64,000 nucleotides of DNA, taken from Stylophora pistillata (taxonomy: Eukaryota). The DNA lies in NCBI RefSeq assembly GCF_002571385.2, contig NW_019217825.1:80556-144555 (forward strand), given 5' to 3'. The notes beneath the pieces are model-generated. The model was given only the letters and a program-made list of their open reading frames with translations. It had not been told where the DNA came from and searched no databases. The number at the start of each line of letters is the position of its first letter. The first letter of the stretch is position 1. Positions 1-13,520 of the stretch are shown here, one piece after another. The position numbers and the translations under genes were made by a program.

Positions 1-21
1 AGATATCTTCTCCCCTCACAG

Positions 22-930
22 ACGAAAGGTGTCTTTGTTACAAGCCATTGATACTTCAATAAAAGTGTTCTAGAGCTACATGCAAAAAATACATGCCTGG
101 AGGGCAATGGATAACCAGTGTAGGCTATCACATTTTTGTGAAATTCGTGTTGTGAAATATCTACAAAGAGGATTATCTAAATGTAAGTAAGCGTTGTTTA
201 CAACTGTCGCCAAACATCATGTCATAGCATGTGTTGTGAGCACGTATATCGCCGGCTTAGTGCAGTCCAGCGCTAAACATTTCATTGAGCAAGAAAATTC
301 TCTAGGTCAGGGCCAAGCTTAAATTTTAAAGAGAGCTATCTTTGCGCAATACTTCTTTACTCATATGCCGTAATATTTTAGTTGATCATGATCTACTTAC
401 CTGAAGCCGCTTCAACCACACATGAATCAGTGAGTCCAATCCAACTTGTAACTCAAAGCGCATACCTGGTTGTTTAGTACAAACCACTCAAAGGAAAACT
501 AGACCCACCACATCATATGCGCAGTCAAAGCTAAATGGGATTTCGTCATTTCCGGTGATTTTCAGACCATTTGCCCCTAGAATCACTAACAATACGAATA
601 CCCCATCCAAGACCCTCCCACCCCGATCAACCACTACCATAGAATGTAATATTAGTTTATATGAGATCATATCAAGGTTGCTCATATGCATTGGTCTGCA
701 TATTACGCTGAGACTGGTTCGACCGTGAAAGAAATCATCACCCAGAGGAGCTGCAGTTCTAGATGGGGAGCTTATCAGAGAGGCGGATATTGGAGCCTTC
801 TGTACCAAAGAAAACCTCCTGAAATTTTCGCACTTTAATTTGTGTAGGGCACCAAAAATAGCCTTGTGTACGAAGAAAAATAACCACAATGTTAAGCCTT
901 GCATGTTGAAGATTAACGGATCACTTTAAT
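22..930 (+). pseudogene. Possible degenerate exons (22-182 and from ~478) of a lectin-like/membrane-protein pseudogene or a spliced ncRNA
   Basis: A good acceptor (cttctcccctcacag, ends 21) and donor (gtaagt at 183) flank an exon with stops in all frames that loosely resembles a C-type-lectin N-terminus (CYK..ATC..GG..E.RVVKYL). A second acceptor at 477 opens a T/P/S-rich stretch, then a hydrophobic segment ending in TGA. Confidence 0.25.
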
Positions 931-1391
931 CTTTTGGTTATAATCTCAACTAAATAGAGTGTAAGGTCTGCACTGCCTGCACTAAATTTGGTAGTATTTG
1001 AGATATAAAAAAAGAGAGAGATCACTGTTTACCGGCTCTGAGAAAACTATAATTCAGTTGTACTATAAAGATGTTAACCCTTATGCCTGTAACAGTGATT
1101 GGTTTTTTATTTCTCCCAATCATATCATCCTTGAATCAAATGCTAAAGTCGTGAAAAAAAAAGGAAATTACCAGCGATTGAAGAAGCTCTTGGTTGCCAA
1201 ACAAATACTCCTTGTCGTTACAACAGCCTGAATGTAGGGAAATCAGTGTGAAGAGCAATGTTGGGTTGCAAAAGGTAAAACTAAACGTCAACAAGAGCAT
1301 TGCAAATGAAACGTGAGCGGTAAAATGTTTAATAATTTATCTTTTGACAAACAGGATAAGTTAATTAATTATCTAAAACACAATGTAATCA

Positions 1392-1940
1392 TCAATATCC
1401 ACACTCGCAGTCCACGGTAATTCTATAGTCTTTCGGCTCCCAATAGTCCTCGAATCTTGGTTTCCCTGTGCTGGAGAACACCCGTAAACACTGGCCTTCC
1501 TTCTTCTTCAGCACTTTGATTGTGTAATACTTCGGCCGACATCGGAAGTGATTGAACCAACACTTATCACTTGAACACGTGACTGACCTCACGTGACGAG
1601 GGAAAAATTTTGGGCCCAGGTTAATCCAAACCTTACTCGTCTGGCATGTCCAGGGGGCTGGGTCGGTTATCTGCTCCACGGTGAGTGAGCTGGATCGCTT
1701 GGTTATGTTACGTTTGGTCACGTGATATTGATTTTGAGGTGGTAAGTGGTTTTGAAGATCCGTGGAGTCCATAGCCATGTATCGATGATTGTACGCGGTG
1801 CCGAGCCGCTGCCTGAGTAAGTCACGTTTGACGGGCTTGCAGTCTCTGTCAGGAGTTTTCCTGGGAAGGGAAAATGTAGTTGCTCCACCGGCTGATTTAA
1901 ATGCCACCACAATCAAGCCTATCAGTAGAAACGGCCATAG
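1392..1940 (-). CDS. Trunk/PTTH/Noggin-like secreted cystine-knot protein, main (last) coding exon
   Basis: The acceptor ttcctttttccacag precedes 1940, in frame with the listed ORF. It reads LWPFLLIGLIVVAFKSAGG (signal-peptide h-region), LGTAYNHRYMA (trunk/noggin LGxxFxxxYM motif) and dibasic KR sites. It continues PWTC..WINLGPKFFPRHVRSVTCSSDKCWFNHFRCRPKYYTIKVLKKKEGQC..W..ITVDCEC, which is Trunk-type cystine-knot spacing. TGA at 1394-1392. Confidence 0.88.
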   Translation of the reverse strand, partial: LWPFLLIGLIVVAFKSAGGATTFSLPRKTPDRDCKPVKRDLLRQRLGTAYNHRYMAMDSTDLQNHLPPQNQYHVTKRNITKRSSSLTVEQITDPAPWTCQTSKVWINLGPKFFPRHVRSVTCSSDKCWFNHFRCRPKYYTIKVLKKKEGQCLRVFSSTGKPRFEDYWEPKDYRITVDCECGY

Positions 1941-4900
1941 CTGTGGAAAAAGGAAGGAACACGAGTGATGATAACAGATCGATCAATTCGATTATGATGA
2001 TGTAGGCGGTCTATCATAGACCGCCACTTCTACTACGCGAGGAATGCAAAGAAAATAAACTGAACACCTTCGGATAAACAGTCTTAACAAGAAACGAAAA
2101 CACATCTTCTTAATTAATTATACAAATTTTCACACCAGGCGTGGCGGTAAGCTGCATGATCCCAATTTGAGTGTTTCAAAATAGAACATCACGACGTATC
2201 GACGTTATCTTTTCGCTACCCACAAAAAGGCAGCATTTAAAGGAAAAACGTTCACCAGCAAGTAGCGCGCGCATAGCGTCGCTGAATCCATGAAAAGAAC
2301 TTGTAAAATGCGAAATAAACTCTTGTCATTGTGGCCGAAGTGAGTTACTTCGGCGTTCTCGTAACTGTTAAAAATAATTTACATTGTTGCTGCAGTAGGA
2401 AAAGCACAGCACGTTTTATTTACTTTAGCAGATGCTTTACCTTTCCATAAGCTATTGAAAACAAATCCCCCGCTAACGTCGAAATGCAATTAAAGATAAA
2501 ATTAAAAACCATAAAGAACTCATACAGTTATGCTGTCTTGTTATGGCACGACGGTGGTCTTCTATTTGATACAAAAGATCACGCTATAATCTTAGGTTCA
2601 CAGTTTATTTCCCTGTTGGGGGCGAACTCTTGGAATCTTGTGTTGTTCACAACGAACATTTCTGATCGATAACATTGAAATTTCGGTGAAAAATTTACCC
2701 GATTGCTTCAGTTGCGATAAAATCATCATTAACTGCAGTTTGTCGACAAGAATAGGAACTCCTATGTGAAAACGTCGGGAAAGCCGATTCAAAGTTTTTG
2801 TTATGTTAGGAGAATAGAAGCAGAAATAACAAAAATAAAAAAACGGGTTTTAAGCCACTCCCAAATGTACCTTACTTAGACCAATTCTTATGTGGTTTCG
2901 GCATCATAACGGCGTACCTAATGGTGAGAAAGTAAAATACTCATGTCCAGGATCTTCTACAAACTTTCACAATTTTACCTCGAGGAGAGGAAATGACCTA
3001 AATTTCTCGCCCACGATGAGTAATAATTTAAGGAAATTCGTGGACCCGCATGTGGGTGTTCTCTTTATCTTGTTCCCGTTATCTTTAAGTAGAAACCATC
3101 GGATATTCCGCCATGGTCAGCTTGCACAAAATGGCCCACTAATTTGCTCAACTTAGCTTGCCTCTCTACTACACGAAATCTGTTGTTAACATATTGCTGA
3201 CTCGAGGTAACTTTTCATTGATCAGGGATCACAGGAAGAAACATCCTCATTCACTTACACTTTACTAAATTGTTGTACCTTTTGACCATGAGATGTGAAG
3301 TTGAGCACCAAAACCATAGTGGAAATCCAAGTTAAACCTGTTGAAAAATTTACTTCAAGTAAACTTTCTCTATTCGTGCAAGACGTGACTCGAGAGACGC
3401 TTCGAGCTCTATGTCCCTTGAGGACGAGGAAACGTTGACGCAGCAAGCCGGCATATTGTGGGCTTATGTCGGTAAAGGAGGTGTCAGGGAGGTCCCCTAA
3501 TACGTGAAAAAACGCAGGAAAGCGAAGGAGCATTGTTCTGGATTAAGGCGATCAAATCTTTCGTGAGTAGAATGTTGGCATGCCATTTGGAGAAGACACT
3601 TCAGTTGATTTTGGCACCGTTTACTAATTGTAAATTAAGAGAGATAAAGAGGCACCTACGGCTCCTTAAGCCTAAACCTAAACAATGTGAAAGTAATAGC
3701 AACAAAAATAACTTTCTTCCGGAGATTTATAAGACACTGAGACTTTGTTAAAAATCCATCGCTTCTTAATGGAGATTAAGGTGTAGATCACTCTTACACT
3801 GAAGAAGAGATCTCTTGTCATGCTCCGATTTTACTTTCTTAACTTTTAAAGCATGGACAAAGAAGTTTGCCGTGTCTGGCTAGCTATAGTCATTTTACAT
3901 GCTCTGTTGTAGATAAAGTTTCGACAAATGCCCCGTGCAGCATACTACATTTGCAATGAATTGCAAATTCACTCAATGCGTCGCCAAGTCTGGAAGCTGG
4001 CGAAGATATTATAGAATTATCTCCTGTTAGCTGAAAAAGGAACTGCTCCCTTCGTAAGACAGTCCCTTACCATTTCATGGGCAATAAAGAGTTACTTAAT
4101 GATCAGATTCTGAGTAAATAATAAAAAGTTTAGAGGATCTGCAAAAGACCTTTATCAACAAAGGCTTCAAGAGCTGAGATTCCTTCACTGCTGAATTTTT
4201 AAAGAGATCAACATGAAAATTGGGTAAACTACGGTGAAATCGAAAAGTTTCCCTTGCGGAGGAAGAAAATTTAAAGGAGAAACATCTAAGTTTATGGAAG
4301 AAATCATGTAGATCCTTGGAAATGTTAGCCAACGTTGTGAAATTAGCCATCTGCATGTGATGCCATTTTTACAGCAAATCGTTGAGGTCAGACCTCATCT
4401 TATGATAAGACAAAAGCATTCGACCTCATCGTTTTACTTATAATTATAGCAACACTTTCAACGTTCTTTCCGACATTTCATCTTTCATTGGGAGTTTTCC
4501 AGATTGTGTCTCTGTAGGATGCAAACTAATCGGCTTAAGTCGTCGTACAGCAACCCTTTCTGTTTTTCATGTGCTTTTCAGCGGTAACTACAGTCGATGC
4601 TAGTTTGCAACAATGATTCACTGTCAACAGTCTACACTAAAAAGAAGACCTGGCATAAACGTTATCGTTCGAAGTCATCTGCACGAAGATTAAACTGTAG
4701 CATAATAGAAGTAGAGGCATTCTTCCATTTACAAATCCAATTTGTCCTCTTCTACAATTTCCTACAGATGACCTCCAAAGTTGTATCACACGGATTTAAG
4801 ATCCCACAGAGTGTAAGAGCAACGTCATAACAACCAAATATTAATTAATATAGCATAAAAAAAAAATTAACTTGACATTGTCGTCTTCATTTTGATTGAT

Positions 4901-5352
4901 CATCTTCCAATGTTTTTTTACTGCAAGAACTTTGGTAATTTTTAGCTGACAGATTGGCCCTAATTCAGTTTACTCTAATGAAATCAGCTTATTAACATCG
5001 TTTTCCGGCGTTTTTTTCTTGGTTCATCTCTTTCCGCAATTGTAGAATTAGAGTGTATTCATGCGATCATTTTGACTTTGGAAATAGATTAGGAAGTTGA
5101 TGATAATTCAAAAAGAAGGACTGGAATGATATTAACTCCGTTTCAACTAGAAAGGTGGCAATAAATCTACACAGGACACGGTTATTTCTTTGCAAATTTT
5201 TAGAATGCAATTAGATCACATAAACTTTTAAACAAACATTCCTTGATCGATGAATTATGTTTTAGTTGACAGAAACATCAAAGCACTTACAAGTACTTGT
5301 AAACTGAATGGCATATAATGAGCTTACAAGAAAGCGATTAAGTCACTCTCAC

Positions 5353-5370
5353 CTGGAAATCGTTCGCCAT
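5353..5370 (-). CDS. Probable first coding exon (MANDFQ) of the trunk-like gene
   Basis: Minus strand reads ATG GCG AAC GAT TTC CAG|gtgaga. This phase-0 donor matches the phase-0 acceptor at 1940 and gives a 188-aa precursor MANDFQLWPFLLIGLIVVAF... A TATAAAT lies ~80 nt upstream. Not confirmed by transcripts. Confidence 0.55.
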
Positions 5371-5450
5371 CACTGTGGACACCACGACGGTCAATGATGT
5401 ACATCTACAGCTTATTTCTATAAACTACCCTAACCCCGTCCGTAAATATC

Positions 5451-5457
5451 ATTTATA
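5451..5457 (-). promoter_or_regulatory. Candidate TATA box of the trunk-like gene
   Basis: TATAAAT on the minus strand ~80 nt upstream of the candidate ATG at 5370. Confidence 0.3.
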
Positions 5458-8400
5458 TCTACGTTATCTTTCGCACTTCCCGTGATATTACTTGGTTGTT
5501 ATTCCGATAACGAACCAGGGTAAACAAAACTACGGATGTTTGGAATGCTGACCCTTATCCTCACCAAGGTCCTAGATATCAGTCACAGCGTTACTTGAAA
5601 TAAATATGGTTCCCTTTTGCATGAAATAAAACAGCCCTGACGTCCAATGATTTATGGCAGTGGGCAGCAACTTGTCACTCTTTTGATATCAGGGTTCCTA
5701 CCGTTAATCGTCTGTGGGTGTGACTTGGGTGCGTCTAAGATTCGCTCTTGCAATTCTCTTATCTTTCCGAGCCTTGCTCCTAGTTATTCCAATTACGCCT
5801 CATGAATTCAAACCCGTCAGTTAAATCGGGCAACATGGAATGTTCGTAATCATTTCATGATGTAAATTTCATTTTTCTGGCGGTTATGTGATACTAAACA
5901 ACTTATCGGTTTCGCCATTTTGTCAGTCTCTGCAGTGAAAAAATGTTTCGCCACTGGTTATCTTTCGCAAATTGACAGATTGAATAGGAAATGAGAACCG
6001 ACAGTAATAGCATAAAAAAATTATCCATGAACTTTCGGGAAACAAGGCGGACTTTTGGTATAGTTATCCGCTGAAAATCAGATGACGTACTTTTATCTGA
6101 AATAATAGGCTGCACACGTAAATTTTCAGCCTAAGTCTTTGTTAATCCTCCATAAAATTGCATCAAAATTTTATCCTTTCCTCAAAATAACAGAAGAAAA
6201 TAAGCTTCCTATTCTTCCTAAATTTCCTTTGTTTGGTCAATATTTGGTGTAAAAGACACGAACGACGGAAAGGTGGTGTAAATATCATTTGTTCGTCGTT
6301 CGTCGTCTTACAGAACTGGACTGGGAGAAAGTTTCGTCAACACATAGTATCTTTATCGTCTAAATGGTTGCATAATCCAAATTTACAAATACAATACTTA
6401 TTTCAGTATCTCAAGAATCTGCACTTTCCCTCGTTATTTCATATCAATTCTATCAGTCTCTGATAATGTGACATAAAGTGAACAATCTTGTAATATTTTT
6501 TACAATATCGAAATGCTGTTCTCGTTGCCTCAAAGGTTAAAATTTCTCGATTGTAATTTCAGGACAAATCTGAGGCACAGCAATCACTCTATTCGCTTCT
6601 CTTTGTATCCAAAGCAGAAGCTAAAAAAGATCTGAACGAAAATTTCATATTTTCGTTCACGTGCAGCCTGTGAACTCTTATCAAATCGAAAGCAAACCAG
6701 TTTTCCCAAAGATCACGTTTCCTTTCAGCTCCGCCGAAGTACAATCTTAAATTCATTTTGGATGTCATGAAGGTGACATTTCTAGTGACTTAACTAAAGC
6801 AACGTCCACTCTAAGCAAAGAGATGAATCATAATAATGAAAACTCTACTCGGTTTGTTATAAACTTTACTCTATCCTGTGTCTGGGCTTTTGACGGATGC
6901 TTCTCGTACGTTCTGCATAAATAATCTTAAAAATGTAGACTTCTGACACTATTTGTTACTATCAACATTATCATTATACACATGGCATTTGTAAAGGTGA
7001 TTCTAGGTCACAACTTAATCTCTAAAAAAAATAAACAGCTAATAACTGCGAACAGAAAAACGAACAGAATCATTTCGAAAAAGAAACTTCAACCCATTTC
7101 CTTTCAAACGTGGTCTGATGAGGGCGAAGATATTTAGTTATTTTTTGAGGGTTAAGCTCGGAAAAGGTTATTTGGTGCAACGCTATATTGTCAGTAAATG
7201 TTGAGTGGATTTCTAAAACACTTTAAGTTCGTAGAAGCTCAGCAAGGAGTTTTCCGTAATTTTCAGGAAACAAGATATATTACTCAGTTTTTAATTACTG
7301 CATCGATGACATTTTTAAATCTAGTTGAAGTGGTGTACTTGTCAACAAGACACGCTATTTTTTTATGAATCATCCTCCGGGCTGAGGTACTCGCTAGAAA
7401 GCTTTGATTCCAAAAACTATTAATACTGTAAAGCATGAAGAAAATGATTGTGTTGAATCTTTTTCAGTTTCCATCCAAATAGAGCATTAAAGTTTAAAGA
7501 AAGATAATTATTACACACATGCGAAATTCGTTCCTCCAGTTAACAAGTAATGTAATTAACAATTGTTATCCCAACGGATTACAAGACCATTCAGTGATAT
7601 TTAACTCTAATTTAGCTGTCTTCTAAGTAATTTATATTTTCACTTAAATCAAATTGTCTGTGGATGAAACATTCGTATGTCAATAGCTTTTATAGAGCAA
7701 TCAGTGTTTTCATTCAGAAACTAGGTCTGCTCAAGGGGCATGGATGTCTTTAAAAGCATCGTTATGATGTTGAGTGAGGTGGTTCTTTTTCAGAGTTTCC
7801 ATTCTGTGAAACTTATGCAGTGTCATAGACCAGTAAAGAAAAAGCTTCTATTGTGTTATGGGTTCTTTCAGTAGTCGCTGGTATTTTGTGCAGTATATGA
7901 AGCTAAAACAAAATAGAAGTTAAAAGAAACCTCGCGTGCTGGAAAAAAAATTTGATAGAAGTGATGATAATTGAACTGTCAGCTCTGTTGGAGATCTAGA
8001 CAGGTGATGAAGAAAGCACTACTGCTAAATTCGACTTAGGCTCTTCTGGCTAAGTTTCAACTTTAGATACGATGACAAAAATCTCAATAAAGCATACAAA
8101 TCTTTGTAAAAGTACATGTGCTTCAAACAGTCTGATTAATAGATCGTCGTCAGGAATCGTTTTAAAAGGAAAAGGGGAAAATCAGATCACGTAGAACTAT
8201 TTTTAAATAAGATATCGCGTGCAGACAAACCTGGATGGCATTGAGACAGGCGTTTCTGTCAATGGCTGTTTGCATTTGACGTATTATGACTACAGATGAC
8301 GGTCGGGGTCTATGTGACAAGTGTCTCGTCCCATCCAAGACTCATGCCGTACTGAGTACGGCATGCGTCAACACTTTTACAAATGGTGTAGTCTTACTAA

Positions 8401-11400
8401 ACACTCTCCAAAAAATTTCAAAAATCTCTAAATGAGTAAAAAAAATGAAAGAAACACTTGGAATAACCAAGACAAATGAATTAGCTTTCCACTGATTTGA
8501 ACACTGAAAATTGCTTTTGAAAACTTGAGTAGCATGCTTTTTAGATGATAAAAAATAATCAATCAATAATGTCTGTATTGGCAACTAAAATTCTCTCTAG
8601 TAGTCGCAATGACCTTGAAGAAATACTAAAAATCACAACGAGAACGTATTAAGTGTTAAATTGTTCAAGTTGATTATAAATCACGAACTTCAACGGGAAA
8701 ACTTTCGCAAATACTTGAAGGAAGCTTTACAAGATTTATAATTTGAGAAGTTTCTGTTGATGTCACATCTTCAATGACATCTAACTCGTTTTGAATTGGG
8801 CTGAGTGGGCGGAGACTCATGTATGTCAATAGAGATTCCCAAGGTGAACAAACGTCTGCACTTAGATGGGTCCAAGCGAATCAGTGACGAACTTGCAAAG
8901 AATACAGGTACACCTGTCCAGTCGCCAAATCTTCAACCTTGCTTACACTTGCCGTTATCGGCTGGAATATGATCATAATAGAAACCAAATAGAGATCTGC
9001 CTCGGCCTTTTTGCCTTATAGCTACATTTTGATAAACAGTCATAATATTTACAAGAGAGATTGGGCCCGATTCGGTTGCAGAGTGTACCTTTATTTCTCT
9101 TATCAAAGTCCTTAAAAGAATGCCCAAGAGAATTTAAAAGAACTTGTTCAAACCAAACCACAATTCAGTCATTGGTATTATTTCTTTTAAACTTTTTTTG
9201 CAACAAGGCATGTTGGTATACATGAGAGACGAAAGTTTCGTTTCTGATTGTTTCTCTAATTCTCAAAAATCTCTCTTTTAACAATATTTTGTTACTGTGA
9301 AAGAGATAGATAGTGTTCCTTAGTAATTTGTTGTGTAGTCTAACTAATATTCTCCTGTTACGATACAATGGCAATTGGCATGGAAAGCTTCCAGTGACCT
9401 TGGTAACTTGATGGGGTTTACGATGTGAAAACAAACTACTTATAAGTACTTGAGGTAATTACGCAGCTAATTATCTTATCATTTCAAACTCAGTTACGAA
9501 AATCTCACCTTCAAATTGTTTTTCATTGTTGCGAATTGTTCGTCCTTTACAAAGCACCTGTTTCCTGCATACTATTGAAATCTGCCTTTTTTTTTCTCTT
9601 TCTTGAATCCCAAAATCTTATTTCCACACAGATAGGGGAAAATGTCTTAGGTTTGTCTTTCTCTTTGTATACAGTTTTTTTGCCAGTTCTCTAGCTTAGG
9701 AACCTCGGACGGGATCAACCAGAATGAATTGCTAAGGTAGTTGACATAGGTTACCCTAAGATGCTGGACTGTTTGTTTATCGACAATGGGTGCGGCGGAG
9801 GAGTTGAACTCATAGTTCTGTTCTTTGTCGTAGCCTTGATGGGGTTTTTCTATTCAGGAGACATCTCGTGACGGGTGACAGGCAAATTGCTGGAGGCTAT
9901 GGTTCGCACGTGAGTTATTACGGGACGAGTATTTCATGAACTTTTATCCGGAAGGTTATGCGATATGAAACATTCCCGGATCGCTCTTAATCATTGTTCT
10001 CAGTGTGACTACTGTTGAATGACAATAATGTAATCGTTACAGTACAGCTTCCCGTCGAGATGAAGAACGGTAAAACTACAAGAGTTGCGATCACTTTCGA
10101 AATATTATAATCTTAATATGTATTCTTTCATCTTTACCATTCAACAGACGTTTTACCAGTCCTTTGACAAAGACTTCCCGGCTACGTTCCTCGTATTATT
10201 GCTCGTTTTTTGCCCATGTTAACAAGACTACCCCCTGTGTGGACATCAGCAGGCACAAGGCCAAAACGTTTTCATTTTGCAAGTTATCATATCATAAGCC
10301 ATTCTTTTCCTATGATGCAAATTGCCAAATAAAGCTCATGCATATACACGGCTACTAGTCGGGCCAATGCTCGATCTGACCACCTGACGGGAATCTTTCA
10401 ATTTGAAGGTGGCGAAGCGGAGGCGCTGAAGGTGTCTTGCTAAGCCTTTCAAAAGGTATAGTGATATATCCTTCAGCACCGAGAAAGCGCAGTTTAACGC
10501 AAAATATGCACATTTAGATTTCTGGAAGTGAGTACATCGACAGCGTAGATCCACTTCTAACAACAGACGGAATAATTAATGATAGTTCGATTAAGAAAAG
10601 AATTGTAAACTGCGCGCCGCCACCGCTTTCGGTCCTGAAAGAAAACCTGTTCGCGACGAAAATAGCCAAATCATATCACTGCTTGAAGACTCAAGGCGAT
10701 GAAAACCAAGCCCCGGATAGCGAAACATGCTCATTGACACTTTTACCCCTAAGAATGACTAGCATCTAATTTCTCCTTACAGCATCGTAACTTTATCAAA
10801 CATTTAGATCACGAGAATAAATGCTATACAAAATGTATTTACCATATGCTCATGTTATTCCAGTCGAATGGCCTATTCTTTCGAAGTCATTTAAGTTTCG
10901 AGAGAAGACTTCAGTTTTCCAAGAAATAGGAAATCATGTATGACAATAAGTTTCAGCAAGCTGTCGAAAAGCAATTCTTCATGATAGAGAAAATTATTGT
11001 CGACGTGGTCGTTGCAATAAGATCATTCGGTATTAATCTAAGTCCCGGAACGTTAAAATAAAAGCCAAATCAAAACATTGAGTACGATAAGCAACAAAAG
11101 AAAAAAGCTGTAAATGGTGGAGAGGTAAGCTTTAAAGGAAGTGGTACAGCACTCAGTTATATCATGTTCAGGCAAAGTTATGACTTTGTTTGAGTGATAC
11201 AATGACAAAATGTTACCACCCCCATTGAGCCACCAGGGTTGATGGTTGACTTGTTTTATTTTGGTTTGTTTGTTTGTTTGTTTTTTACTTTGCTTGTTTT
11301 GTTTTGTTTTTTCTTTATTTAACAGCGTTGCAAGCTTTTTTCAAACCTACCGGGGTGAATGACTTAGGACAGTTATGCGACTTCCTATGATGTCCCGTGA

Positions 11401-12217
11401 CCTTAGATTCGTCAGTTACATAAGTTTCATAGTACAGCACACGTGAGTCTGTTCGTGATCAAGATCTATGGGTTTATGCAGTTATGTGGTAACAAAATAA
11501 ATAAAAATACGATCCTATCGCACCAGGTGGGTCTTTCATCCGTAGGCGTAACTGACGCTCAAACATTCGAAATCGTCGATATCATTACGAGCCTACAATG
11601 CGTACTGCCCAGCCTTGTGCTCAATTGGTCAACCAGGGGTACCTGTGCACGTGCACGTTCCACTTTTGATGTCCTTTACGAGCGTGAAAAATATTCCAAT
11701 ATTCCAATGTTCCAAACGATTTTGTGTTATTTTCTAATTGTGGACTAAATTTGAAGTATTTCAGAGCCTCCTATTCTTGAAAGCAAAGTCTAGCAAGTTC
11801 TAGTTCCAACATATGTTCAGCAACTTTAAAAAATTCGTCCATGGTACAAAGCTGGTTTTCATTAACTTTGCCTCATTTTTTTTTTTCTCGTTTGTAATTA
11901 CATACCAAGGAAAATTTCTCTCTCCATACGAAAGGGTACTTTATCATCAAGTCTGTAAATCTATGGTATTTTTCCTATCAAAACAAACCTCAATTTTTTT
12001 TAAACCGACCATTCCGTCAACTTTTGTTTCAAATTCAAGCTATGAGGTATTGGATTCACTCTGAATGTTTTCAGAGATATTACTTAAAAGAAATAAAAAC
12101 CCAAAAAGGAAGTGAGGCAAATGTTGGTGAAAATAGAGTGAAAGATGTAGGTTGAACAGTGTAAACGCATAAGTTACAGTAACGCGAAGAAGGTTCGTCT
12201 GGTCCTTGGCCATTTCA

Positions 12218-12660
12218 TCTAACCCCCCCTCCCCGGATCTCATTAGTAATTCGCCTTACTGTCGGCTATACAATTCTCGTGATGTGATTTTGGAGAATTT
12301 GGTGCTGAATCAACTAAAAATCCCCAATGATATTTTTCTTTATTTCCATCACTTGCCTGCTCGATATTGTATTGATAGTCAGTATAAGGAGAAATTCTGT
12401 GTTGGGGCCCGTTTCTCGAAGGTTCCGGTGACTTATCAGGCCCGTAAATCTGTTCTGTTTTCATTCAAGGTGAGAGTTTGAAAGGTTTTAGAATTACACA
12501 ATAAAACTTTCAGCCAAAGAAACAAAATGGATTGGTTAAGATGCCAGAAACTGCTTCTCTATTATTTAAATTTTGATTCTAAAATATAGCTTCGGGCCCG
12601 TTAATTTACCGGGACGTTTGAGAAACGGGCCCCTGGTCACTACGAGAGTAAGAGGGTTAA
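12218..12660. mobile_element. TTAA-CCCT-ended MITE with a nested MITE (12404-12633)
   Basis: The outer element ends gagggttaa and shares internal sequence with the other TTAACCCT copies. The inner element has TIRs ggggcccgtttctc/gagaaacgggcccc and splits the host motif gaaattctgt..ggtcac. Confidence 0.75.
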
Positions 12661-13032
12661 AGTCGCGACCACCTTTCAGTTTACAATAGTTACTTTCAGC
12701 ATTGTCTTTCTCCATTTTTCTGCATCAAATGTTTTCTACATATCTAAGAAACTTCTCAATGTTTCTCTTCTTAGGATCACAAGCCAGTGGAGTCCTGCTT
12801 TAATTACATGGCATTTAACCGAACTCCCCTTTTAAGTCGAAAACGTTGTTCAATGATGCAGTCTAAGTGCACTCTCTGGTTGATTCTATGAGTTTTTTTT
12901 TTTTATAGCTGTAGTTAAATGAATAAAATGAGATTGAAGGTGGAGAATGAAACCCTTCATTGGTTACATTTGACCACCCACACTATCAAGATTAAGCCAA
13001 CCATTTTGCTGACATCTGTTTTTTAGAAATGG

Positions 13033-13235
13033 ATACTGTAGAACGCCGCTAACTCGAACTAAGTTTACTCGAATACCCTCTAACTCCAACAAAATGCGAT
13101 TTCCTTTGAATTTGGCCCCATTTTTCGGTTCATTTACCATCAGCTAACTCGAACTCGATTCACTCGAACTCTCGTTAACTCTGACTTGTTTGCTATTTCT
13201 TTGGCGTAAATTTACCCCGATAACTCCGACCGAAG
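13033..13235. mobile_element. Tc1/pogo-like MITE fragment with repeated taactcgaa motifs
   Basis: Starts tactgtagaacgccgctaactcgaac (tacagt-type end) and carries many aactcga repeats. Confidence 0.45.
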
Positions 13236-13244
13236 TTTTACCTT

Positions 13245-13520
13245 TTTGATGGAGTGTCGAAAGTAATTCGAGATTACACTGGTTTTTCTTGACTTCGCTC
13301 TGTGATTGGTCCAGAAAACTCGTGCCACTCTCTCGACCAATCAGATGCAAAACTGAAACCAATCACAAGTCGGTTGCAAGCGTTTTCCCGCGCTTTGAGC
13401 AGTCTGCTTGGTTTTGATTTGAGCTCTCATTGGCTCTTAAAGTTAATAACTTTTCTTTTGATTGGCCGTTGGGAATATTTTGGTTTTTGTTTTATGGCAC
13501 ATAATTAAAAAGCTCTCTAT
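13245..13520. mobile_element. CCAAT-rich MITE; a related copy lies in the opposite orientation at ~34930-35152
   Basis: Five CCAAT/ATTGG boxes. gagtgtcgaaagtaatt...ttcgctctgtgattggtcc is the reverse complement of ggaccaatcacagagcgaa...aattactttcaacac at 35075-35135. Confidence 0.6.

Noticed and set aside
2441-2448. ATGGAAAG|gtaaag as the first exon of the trunk-like gene
   Set aside because: It is a phase-2 donor, incompatible with the phase-0 acceptor at 1940.
7113-7130. ctgatgagggcgaag as a hammerhead
   Set aside because: No GAAA, stem II or stem I pairing.
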